This document shows positions 56,292 to 64,000 of a stretch of DNA of 64,000 nt, one piece after another (the first letter of the stretch is position 1; each line of letters begins with the position of its first letter). Below the pieces are notes generated by a model, which saw only the letters and a list, made by a program, of their open reading frames with translations, searched no databases and was not told the origin of the DNA. The position numbers and the translations under genes were made by a program. Where the stretch lies: positions 64,001 to 128,000 of IMG/VR virus record IMGVR_UViG_3300050343_000215; one strand, written 5' to 3'. Origin of the DNA: a virus.

Positions 56292-56708
56292 TTATTTATC
56301 TTCTAATTTATTTTTTGCTTGCTTCAACATCTTAGCGAGATCAGCAGTAGATCCTACAAACATAGTATTGTTAACTGTTGTTGGTCCTTTCTTTTCTTCC
56401 TGACCTAGATCTTTCATCTTCTTCTGAAGATCAGATAATTTATCAGTGATGTCAGCAACGTTCTTAATGCCCTGGAAGGCGACTTCGTATGCTCTTGGGT
56501 GGTTACTGCTCCTAGCAACGTCTAGGAGTTCCTCAATGGCAACCTGACCCTTCTGAATGAGTTCATACAACTCACCACGAGCATACTTATAATCTGTCTC
56601 TATATCAGCACTAGTAACATCAACCTTTTCAGGTTTAGGTTGCTCCTCTTCATCCATAGGAGTGATGTCAAAAACATCTTCCATATTCTTCTGGAATTTA
56701 TTGTCCAT
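56292..56708 (-). CDS. gp16: Terminase small subunit gp16
   Basis: DYKYARGELY, HPRAYEV, NNTMFVGST. Confidence 0.92.
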   Translation of the reverse strand: MDNKFQKNMEDVFDITPMDEEEQPKPEKVDVTSADIETDYKYARGELYELIQKGQVAIEELLDVARSSNHPRAYEVAFQGIKNVADITDKLSDLQKKMKDLGQEEKKGPTTVNNTMFVGSTADLAKMLKQAKNKLEDK

Positions 56709-57504
56709 GATACGTTATACCTTCATTAAATCCGAAGTCATCATCTGGTTGTAATAGAGCATCATCTGCTGCGTTAATAGTACCGTCGTTATTTTTATCT
56801 TCTAATGCTTTAGGTGTAACGTTATATTCCATTATCCTAGCATTAGTATCCTTATCGCCAAGAAAAGTAGTAGCAATAGACTTTCTAATGATGTCATTGG
56901 CAGCAACAGGACCATACATAAAGGTCTTGACGCTAAATCTTAGTGTATAATAAATGTATCTTCTGGTAGAGTAATCACCTTCATAATCATCAGTAAAATC
57001 AATACTTTCTAAGATGATTGGAATATCTCTCTTCTCATTCATTTCAGGAATAAGATCCACAGTCATACTAAATTGTGGTTGAAAGAATGGAAGAATTTGC
57101 TCAAGAATCTGCAATGCATCATCTTGAGATTTTGAGATTACATTCAACTCAAATCCAATATTATATGGAACAGGAAGATATTGAGTTTTAGTTGTTGTCG
57201 TTTTACCATCACCAACCGCTCTATTTCTCTGAATAGGAGGAACTTTCCTTGTGCTATCATATGAGATACCGGTCATTTCAAATGACAATCTAGGAACAGT
57301 AATCGTTACCTTCTTGTCAAGATTTGGAGCAGCAGCAAGTCTTGCTAAAAACTTTTGAATGGGACCATATGCCAATGGAACTTTTTGCTCCATGACATCT
57401 TTGCCATTAGCATCTAAAGTTTTTAATTGAATGTTATTAAAAAGCGTACCAAATGTGGTAACTGTCTTCCTAATAATTTTGTGATAAAAATAATTTCCTA
57501 ACAT
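56698..57504 (-). CDS. gp15: Tail sheath stabilizer gp15
   Basis: FGTLFNNI, VPLAYGP..KF, PVPYNIGFEL, EQILPFFQP. Confidence 0.93.
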   Translation of the reverse strand: MLGNYFYHKIIRKTVTTFGTLFNNIQLKTLDANGKDVMEQKVPLAYGPIQKFLARLAAAPNLDKKVTITVPRLSFEMTGISYDSTRKVPPIQRNRAVGDGKTTTTKTQYLPVPYNIGFELNVISKSQDDALQILEQILPFFQPQFSMTVDLIPEMNEKRDIPIILESIDFTDDYEGDYSTRRYIYYTLRFSVKTFMYGPVAANDIIRKSIATTFLGDKDTNARIMEYNVTPKALEDKNNDGTINAADDALLQPDDDFGFNEGITYHGQ

Positions 57505-58649
57505 TAGAAGCTACCTGTAAAATTACCAAATTCTCCAAACGGATTCCTTTCAGTGAAGTCAAGAATATCATCTGCTTCATCTTCTAGTTCTCTATTTTCT
57601 GAGAACGAATCAGTCATATCAAGAGTGTCAAATGATGAGACTGACCATCTTGCATTAGAATCAGCGCCAACTAATTCTTCGTTGACATTAAATGTCCCAT
57701 TTGCATATGCAACACTTAATGTTCTAGTGTCCTCGTTCCACTCTGCAACTTTTCCTACAATGTTTGCAGGAGATCCATCAATAACAATAGTGGGTGCATA
57801 ACCAGCAACACTTTCAACATTGCCAAAAACATCATATGTAATGTCGCCATAAACATATGGAGTTGTTGGTGAATTAACTTTAGAGACTACACCATTAGTA
57901 ATCTCTGTTGTTGATGTACCAATCAAAGAATTAGTTGGTGTGAACCAACGTGCTACTGGTGCAGTTTCATACTTACTACCAGCATTGGTAATAGTAATTT
58001 GACCAAGAACTCCATCTACTGCAACTACAGTAGTTGCTGCAGCATTGAATCTTGTTCCTGTAACTTTCTCATCCTGAATCCAATATCCAGAACCACCGGC
58101 ACTGAATACAACGGGGTATACACCAGATTCCATTTCAGTGTTGTCAACAGCAGCAATTCCAGTATCAAAGATACTGTCACCGTACTCAAAGACTTCACAT
58201 GTCATGGTATATGTATATAGACTTCCTAACTGATAGAAAGGTTTTTGGTTTTCTACATACTTAATTTCAAATACTGTTTCATTTAATGGAAACCAGATAA
58301 GGTCACCATCATTAGGTCTTCCGCTGACTATTTTGTTTGTGGAAGTCTCTACAAAATCTTGCCATCTTCTTCTAGATACTGTCAGTTGAATTTCATCAGT
58401 TACACGAAGACCAAATTTAGACAGCATATCTCCATTGCCACCAAACTGCTCAAAGTTTTCAAGATACATCTCAATGAGATAACTATCCTTAAACTGTGAG
58501 TAGTAGATGTCATTCCATAACTTATCCTCATGAATTTTACGAGGAATATAATAGCAATCCAGACCATACATCTTGATCTGTTCGTCTACAAGATCCTGAA
58601 CTAGACCCTGCTCACCCTTTGTTCCTTGTGTGAAGTATAAATTCTTCAT
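57504..58649 (-). CDS. gp14: Neck protein gp14 (with internal beta-rich insertion)
   Basis: YGLDCYYIPR, P.DGDLIWFP, PFYQLG, DFTERNPFG. Confidence 0.9.
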   Translation of the reverse strand: MKNLYFTQGTKGEQGLVQDLVDEQIKMYGLDCYYIPRKIHEDKLWNDIYYSQFKDSYLIEMYLENFEQFGGNGDMLSKFGLRVTDEIQLTVSRRRWQDFVETSTNKIVSGRPNDGDLIWFPLNETVFEIKYVENQKPFYQLGSLYTYTMTCEVFEYGDSIFDTGIAAVDNTEMESGVYPVVFSAGGSGYWIQDEKVTGTRFNAAATTVVAVDGVLGQITITNAGSKYETAPVARWFTPTNSLIGTSTTEITNGVVSKVNSPTTPYVYGDITYDVFGNVESVAGYAPTIVIDGSPANIVGKVAEWNEDTRTLSVAYANGTFNVNEELVGADSNARWSVSSFDTLDMTDSFSENRELEDEADDILDFTERNPFGEFGNFTGSF

Positions 58650-58650
58650 C

Positions 58651-59445
58651 TTAACCGACCATATCTAGTGGTGGTAACTCTGCTGCTAATTTAAATTCAC
58701 CAAGAATAGTTTCAATTTCTTCTTGTGCATCTTCATAGAACTCTCTTCCATTTAGAGTTGTACCACCAGGAAGTGATACGTTCTTAAATTTAATAAGGTT
58801 TTGTCCCCACTGACGTTTGATCAGAGCGGTAAGATATCTCTTTAACCATACATCATTATAAATTTCTGCTGCATTATTAGGATCAATCATTCTATAACAG
58901 TCAAGAATTAAATGTTGTCCTGCAGTAATATTACCCCAGTCAGTATCAATGTATAATCTATTTTCTCTTTTGTTAAATCTAATTGGTTTGAAGTTACCAA
59001 TTACAAAATCAAGAGTTTCAAGATACTGCTTAACCATATAGTAGTTCAAGATTTCCATTGAACCAAAATTATAAAAGTCATTCAAGAATAACTGGTACTT
59101 CATACTAAAAATATTTCCTGATGTCGCTGATGAACTATTATCATAAGCATAGACTTGCGTTACTCCAAGTACATGCTCAGGAACAGTAATATAGTTATTC
59201 TGCTCCTTAAAATCAGTACCAGCAATTGCACTGTTCGCTTTCGCGTCAGTAATCATCTGTTCAGTAATTTCTACCTTTAAAAATGTTTTGATGCTTCCAT
59301 CAAAATGACGCTCTTGGAAGAATTGAATAGCATCGTCCATGAGATCCTCAATCTGATCATCATCTACATTAATCTCTAGGACGGGAAAACCTAATTTCCT
59401 TAAGCAGTAGTCAACTAACTCCTGGCGTGTTGAGGGTCGTGCCAT
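58651..59445 (-). CDS. gp13: Neck protein gp13
   Basis: YCLRKLGFPVLEINV, KRQWGQNLIKF, LNG. Confidence 0.93.
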   Translation of the reverse strand: MARPSTRQELVDYCLRKLGFPVLEINVDDDQIEDLMDDAIQFFQERHFDGSIKTFLKVEITEQMITDAKANSAIAGTDFKEQNNYITVPEHVLGVTQVYAYDNSSSATSGNIFSMKYQLFLNDFYNFGSMEILNYYMVKQYLETLDFVIGNFKPIRFNKRENRLYIDTDWGNITAGQHLILDCYRMIDPNNAAEIYNDVWLKRYLTALIKRQWGQNLIKFKNVSLPGGTTLNGREFYEDAQEEIETILGEFKLAAELPPLDMVG

Positions 59446-59449
59446 GAAT

Positions 59450-59482
59450 AAAAAAATACCCTAGTTTCCTAAAGGTATTTAT
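59450..59482 (-). terminator. Terminator with overlapping late promoter ATAAATA upstream of gp13
   Basis: ATACCTTTAG-GAAA-CTAGGGTAT plus T run. Confidence 0.65.
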
Positions 59483-59488
59483 CATACT

Positions 59489-59950
59489 CTATTCTATACC
59501 TTCTGGAAATCCACTACATTCCACACATTCTTGATCTGGAAGATCTCCAAAATTTTCTGGATTTCTTTCTCGGTATGCAGCATACTCTTCATCTGTATGA
59601 ATAACTTCTCCTTCTTCATTCCTAACTAATTCACCCGAAAATTCACCCGAAGAATAATGCCAGCAGACATCTCCCATTTCCTGAACTTCTGCTTCAAGTT
59701 CTTCATCAAATTCTACTTCATTTAAAAACCAATCTTTTACACGAGTAATATTATCAAATACTTTTACTTTATCCTGAAATTCACACCACCACATGAGTTC
59801 ATCTACTGGCAATTCTGGTTCTGATTCATAATCTTCGGGATTTTTTCCCTCAGGAAGTAATGCTTCAATAACCATATGCACGTCCGACCCGTGCTTCTCC
59901 TCAATTGACTGAATTACATCATATAGGGGGATATCCGTAACAGAGTTCAT
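59489..59950 (-). CDS. Highly acidic hypothetical protein
   Basis: 153 aa; hand count about 43 D/E vs about 9 K/R. Confidence 0.65.
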   Translation of the reverse strand: MNSVTDIPLYDVIQSIEEKHGSDVHMVIEALLPEGKNPEDYESEPELPVDELMWWCEFQDKVKVFDNITRVKDWFLNEVEFDEELEAEVQEMGDVCWHYSSGEFSGELVRNEEGEVIHTDEEYAAYRERNPENFGDLPDQECVECSGFPEGIE

Positions 59951-59992
59951 TCTTTATGCACTAAATAAAAACACAACACAATATATAGTCAA

Positions 59993-60020
59993 TTGACCTG
60001 ACTTGAATATGTGTTATAAT
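59993..60020 (+). promoter_or_regulatory. sigma70 promoter for plus-strand three-gene operon
   Basis: TTGACC-16-TATAAT with extended -10 TG; CTAAATA also at 59961-59967. Confidence 0.7.
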
Positions 60021-60043
60021 ATAGTATAGTATTCCGATAAAAA

Positions 60044-60550
60044 ATGAGTCTTCAACTTTGCCTCCTAGAAACTGGAGAAACTATTATTGCTGATGTTCGC
60101 GAAGCAATTGATCCAGAATCAAATGAATCCCTTGGGTATCTAGTAACTAATCCATTTAGTGTAAAACACATCATTAATAATGTAGTTAATGTTGAGGAGA
60201 TGTCAGAAGAAACTAACACTTCTCCTGAAAATGCCGCATCCCTATCATACTCTGTATGGGCACCTTTAGCTCGTCAAAATACCTTTAATTTTCATACAGA
60301 TTTTATCCGTGTAATTTATAATCCTGATCAAACTGTTATTGATCAATACACAAATATCCTTGAAAAATGGTTAGAAGAACACACTGTAGAAGTTGAAACT
60401 GATAAACACTCAACTACAATTACACTGGGATCAGACGCAACGCAAGCTGCATTGAGAGAAGAATTAGAGTCTATGAATAATGATAAAAAAGAAGGTGACT
60501 TTAATCCAGAGTCAATGACTGCTGCTGGAGAAGAATCTAATGCAAACTGA
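60044..60550 (+). CDS. Sm-like paralog 5 with acidic tail
   Basis: LQLCLLETGETIIADV...LVTNPF...LSYSVW. Confidence 0.6.
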   Translation: MSLQLCLLETGETIIADVREAIDPESNESLGYLVTNPFSVKHIINNVVNVEEMSEETNTSPENAASLSYSVWAPLARQNTFNFHTDFIRVIYNPDQTVIDQYTNILEKWLEEHTVEVETDKHSTTITLGSDATQAALREELESMNNDKKEGDFNPESMTAAGEESNAN

Positions 60551-61361
60551 ATTAACTCCTGCTCCTGCAATTAAAAAAAGTAAAATTACTACTTTTGATA
60601 CAACACTACTTATGGCGAGTAGACCTCCTGAAATTGAGGAGATGGATAACTGTATTCTTGTTGATAATTTTTTTCATGCATATGAGAAAATAGAAGAAAA
60701 CCTCTTAAAATTTCACTCAACAAACTGTCATGAGATTAATGAAATTTTATTTTATGGTGGGAAAAATGTTGAATATTTAGGAACCAAGGGTATTGTTCAA
60801 CCTATCCCAAGAGATTTTTCAGTTGAATTTATTAAAACAATTTATGAATATCTTACTGAAAAAGATTATTTAATTCCTAATATTAACTCTGATGAGACCA
60901 ACCTAGTTGATAAAATTATATTTTCAAGTGCTACTGAAGCAACATTATATTATGACGAAATGATTGTAGATAAAGGATTTAATGTTCCATGTCCTAGTGG
61001 TGGTGAATTTACTAGTACAGTGTTCTTATGTGATGATACAGAAGAAAGTAAAATGGGAGTTACTTTCTACGATTTTGTTTTTGAGGGAAGATCATATTCC
61101 TCAGTTGAAGATTTCATGCTTGAGGATGATGATACCCGAGAAAAGATTTTTAAAGTTCTTGGGGAATACAGTCTTGCTTCAGGAGAATTAAAACTATTTG
61201 AAGAATTTACTGAGTCCGAACACTTTAAACCAACAGAGTATATTGAAGCAAAACAAAATAGAATGATTGCTTATAAAAGCAGTTTTTTCACTGTTAATAA
61301 TTTTACTGCAGGTGAAAGGTATACTTTAAATTGCTCATTTAATGCTACTAATGTTGGTTAA
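60540..61361 (+). CDS. 2OG-Fe(II) oxygenase-fold protein lacking metal ligands
   Basis: VDNFF, VFL, G.TFY, NRMIAY pattern parallel to downstream gene but no HxD or distal H. Confidence 0.5.
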   Translation: MQTELTPAPAIKKSKITTFDTTLLMASRPPEIEEMDNCILVDNFFHAYEKIEENLLKFHSTNCHEINEILFYGGKNVEYLGTKGIVQPIPRDFSVEFIKTIYEYLTEKDYLIPNINSDETNLVDKIIFSSATEATLYYDEMIVDKGFNVPCPSGGEFTSTVFLCDDTEESKMGVTFYDFVFEGRSYSSVEDFMLEDDDTREKIFKVLGEYSLASGELKLFEEFTESEHFKPTEYIEAKQNRMIAYKSSFFTVNNFTAGERYTLNCSFNATNVG

Positions 61362-62134
61362 TGGATATTAATAATTTTTCTAGATATTCATCTGGAGACA
61401 TAGAATCTTTGATTGAAATTAATCCTGATTCTGAATTTGAATTATGCAGGTTTGAAGGAATTAAATATATCAAAGGTCACAATGTCTTAAAACGACCAGA
61501 TGATTTTGCTGAGTTTCTTTCTAAATTTCCTGCTGAAGATAGGAATGTGAGTCTTCAACGAAATCAAGAAACTAAAATTGATAGTTCAGCTCCAGGTTTT
61601 CAGCAATACCTCAAAGAAAATTATTTTGCTAAATTAAATGAACATTTTTTTAAAGTTGGTCATCAGTTAAAATTCCATAGATACCCTTTAAATAGAGTTA
61701 GTTTTGATAACTTTACTAACTGTTGCTATCCTGGAATGAAAGCATATCAAAAAAATTATCTTCCTCACACAGATCGTTTTGGAATTGCTTCAAATTTATA
61801 TTTAACTGATCCTGGAACTAAAACATCAACTTCGTTTTATAGAATTAAATGCTCAAGTGGAAATGTATACCACAATGAATTTGAACTTAGTCGCGCTCCC
61901 AAAGAAGATGCGTTAGAACTTAGAGATAGATATGCTGAGGAAGGTGCTAATGCTGGTTGGGAACCTTGGGTTTTCTTTAGGGGAAATAAATTTTATGAAT
62001 TTTATTTTGAAATTCCAGCAGAATATAATAGTATGAGTATGTACAGAGGAAATGCATGGCATAGTATATGTTATGATGCATCAGAAAAATCTAAACTACG
62101 ATATTCTTTTGTTACTGCAATGTTTGCAGAATAA
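61361..62134 (+). CDS. 2OG-Fe(II) oxygenase-like protein
   Basis: LPHTD...NLYL...TSFY...YNSMSMY.GNAWHS...RY. Confidence 0.7.
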   Translation: MDINNFSRYSSGDIESLIEINPDSEFELCRFEGIKYIKGHNVLKRPDDFAEFLSKFPAEDRNVSLQRNQETKIDSSAPGFQQYLKENYFAKLNEHFFKVGHQLKFHRYPLNRVSFDNFTNCCYPGMKAYQKNYLPHTDRFGIASNLYLTDPGTKTSTSFYRIKCSSGNVYHNEFELSRAPKEDALELRDRYAEEGANAGWEPWVFFRGNKFYEFYFEIPAEYNSMSMYRGNAWHSICYDASEKSKLRYSFVTAMFAE

Positions 62135-62163
62135 AAAAGGGGGCATATGCCCCCCATTTTTTT
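62133..62163. terminator. Bidirectional intrinsic terminator
   Basis: A6-GGGGGC-ATAT-GCCCCC-CA-T7 between convergent genes. Confidence 0.85.
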
Positions 62164-62180
62164 GGTTTTTTATACCAGGA

Positions 62181-63998
62181 TCATGCCTGAGATTCTTGCC
62201 AGGTGACCCTTGCCGACACAGCGAAGGGGTTAGCAGTGCTAACTCCAGTAGCGTCAACGATCTTCGCAACAACTGTGAGGATGTCAGGTCCGTTGGGGAA
62301 TGTACCATCTCCACCTAGGATTGAGTTGCCCAGTGCAGAGATCTGACTGAGGTCGTAAGCGGTTGAAGTAGATTCACCAGTACCACCACCAGCAGCACGG
62401 AAGGAGAGAATCGTTGAACCACCCGCGACAGTTTCGTTAGAAGAGTGTCTAACCAACTGACACAAGGAAGGTTCTTGAACATTCTGATATGCGTCAGTAC
62501 TCAGTCTTCCGTTCAGTTTGAGACTGATTTCAGTCTCATGCGTGGTAAGAATACCAACGGAAGCAAGTTTAAGTTGCATTCTGTTAACGATTTCTCTTTC
62601 GCCCAGTGCGCCTGTGATTGATGAGTCAACCGAAGGTGCGAGTCTGATTGAGATAAGAGGAATATCCTGAGGAATTGGGTTGTCAGTTCCAGAAGGAGCA
62701 CCGATAGACATCGTAGTTCCAGAAGGAACAGTGATACAACCATTAGATCCGCAAAGAGTTCTTTGGATGTTATCAGTGTGATATCTGTTGAATACAGCGT
62801 TAGTTCCTTCAAAGTACTGGATGTATACTTCATAGTAACTAGATCCATTCCTACTTCTAGAGTTAATTGCTCTACCAGTTTGGAAGTATCCACTCGCGAT
62901 CGTGTTGTGATACAACAGTGTGTTAGTAGCGAATGCAGATGCGTCAGATTGCTGGAAGAACAGTACGAGGAAGTACTCTCTGTAGTAATAGCTACCTTGG
63001 TATCTTTCACTACGAATAGCAGTATTTGATTGAGTGTTCTTATCAACAGCGGATTCGTTAGTAAACTTCTGGACGTTGCCAGATGCCGTGAACAAGTACG
63101 CTTCGTCATCCTGATACATACCATCCATAATAACTGAAGTACCCCAGTGGAACAGAGTTCCGACATAACTTGGTAGTTCATTATTTTCAATCTCATAACG
63201 TGCAGGCAGGTTACCTGAACGGAAGTAAGATTCAGTCAAGCGGTTGTTGTGCTTGAATTCATGGACATACTTGACGTGACCGTTTTGATCCTTAAATCCG
63301 AAGCGGATCTTACCAGCACCATACCAGGAGTAATCCATGTAGCACATCTGGATCTTGCTGACATCAAGATCAAATCCAGAAGGACCATTACCATCTGCTT
63401 TATCAACATTCCAGTCGGGTTGACCAACCTTAGTATCAATTGTCTTAGTACAAATAACGTTTTCAGCAGTAACGCCACGATAAGCAGGTTGAACTGTAAC
63501 CTGTGTATTGCTGGTAACTTTAACGACTCTGTAAGACATACCGCGAATAACGATCTGCTCACCCTTATTCAGTTCCGAGAGGAACTTAGTATTTGTACCA
63601 GTAACAATGTTATCCTGATTCGTCACACTAACTGTACCAGGAAGCTGAAGAACTGAACTTCTTCTTACACAATTCAGAGTTTGACCATTGAATTCATAGA
63701 AGAAACCATTCTGATCATCAAACATACCAGCGCGGATGTCACAACCAGACCAGGAAAGAACCTGTGCTTTAGGGAATCCACCAGAATTACTTCTAGCAGG
63801 TTCAACATCAAGAAGATATTTAAATTCATAATCATTTTGAATGGAGGTTACGTTAGAAGAAATATTCCACGCCTGATCGTCCGATTCAATAATCTTAATA
63901 TCAAGTTGATTTGTAAGATTATGTGGTTTTGATGTCGTTACGAGACCTTCAACAATTTCATGGAATACAAGAGTCTCAGAAACAAGACTTGCTTCACA
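62181..63998 (-). CDS. Large virion structural protein, 5'-partial (enters from right edge)
   Basis: Frame of track ORF 62181..63725 is open to the window end (CEASLVSETLVFHE...); ends SARVTWQESQA; upstream of neck genes. Confidence 0.75.
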   Translation of the reverse strand, partial: CEASLVSETLVFHEIVEGLVTTSKPHNLTNQLDIKIIESDDQAWNISSNVTSIQNDYEFKYLLDVEPARSNSGGFPKAQVLSWSGCDIRAGMFDDQNGFFYEFNGQTLNCVRRSSVLQLPGTVSVTNQDNIVTGTNTKFLSELNKGEQIVIRGMSYRVVKVTSNTQVTVQPAYRGVTAENVICTKTIDTKVGQPDWNVDKADGNGPSGFDLDVSKIQMCYMDYSWYGAGKIRFGFKDQNGHVKYVHEFKHNNRLTESYFRSGNLPARYEIENNELPSYVGTLFHWGTSVIMDGMYQDDEAYLFTASGNVQKFTNESAVDKNTQSNTAIRSERYQGSYYYREYFLVLFFQQSDASAFATNTLLYHNTIASGYFQTGRAINSRSRNGSSYYEVYIQYFEGTNAVFNRYHTDNIQRTLCGSNGCITVPSGTTMSIGAPSGTDNPIPQDIPLISIRLAPSVDSSITGALGEREIVNRMQLKLASVGILTTHETEISLKLNGRLSTDAYQNVQEPSLCQLVRHSSNETVAGGSTILSFRAAGGGTGESTSTAYDLSQISALGNSILGGDGTFPNGPDILTVVAKIVDATGVSTANPFAVSARVTWQESQA

Positions 63999-64000
63999 GT

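Noticed and set aside
579-63932. Most short opposite-strand or alternative-frame ORFs in the track (e.g. 800..1147, 13466..13987, 17170..17532, 47921..48193, 62513..63196)
   Set aside because: They overlap well-supported genes, lack RBS or promoter context, and have shadow-frame composition
1-64000. CRISPR array, IS/transposase, integrase or rRNA
   Set aside because: No regularly spaced repeats, terminal inverted repeats or corresponding motifs seen by eye

Overview
64 kb from a T4-like marine cyanomyovirus (probable Synechococcus host). Most genes lie on the minus strand in the canonical order gp13-14-15-16-17-18-19-20-21-22-23-gp3-uvsY-uvsW-gp55-gp47-gp46-gp45-gp44-(dam)-gp62-regA-hsp20-(petF)-gp43-uvsX-gp41-mazG-...-gp61-nrdA-nrdB. 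Next come a membrane/secreted protein module, an oppositely oriented plus-strand island (petE, truncated gnd, talC, SNase-like nuclease), a lysozyme, five tRNAs, 2OG-Fe(II) oxygenases and a fibre-like gene cut by the left edge. A large virion gene is cut by the right edge. Many single-base frameshifts, including in the essential gp41, indicate sequencing or assembly errors. Best leads: (1) an unannotated T4 Rnl1-like ligase (motifs I, III, IV, V), fused to a PD-(D/E)XK-like domain and coupled to a HIGH nucleotidyltransferase behind a late promoter; (2) two late promoter-short RNA-terminator cassettes flanking hsp20/petF, a Pol-beta-type nucleotidyltransferase and five paralogous Sm-like proteins, together suggesting a phage small-RNA/RNA-processing system; (3) a clean, catalytically incomplete mini-Gnd. 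Family calls are from motif recognition only; no database search was run.
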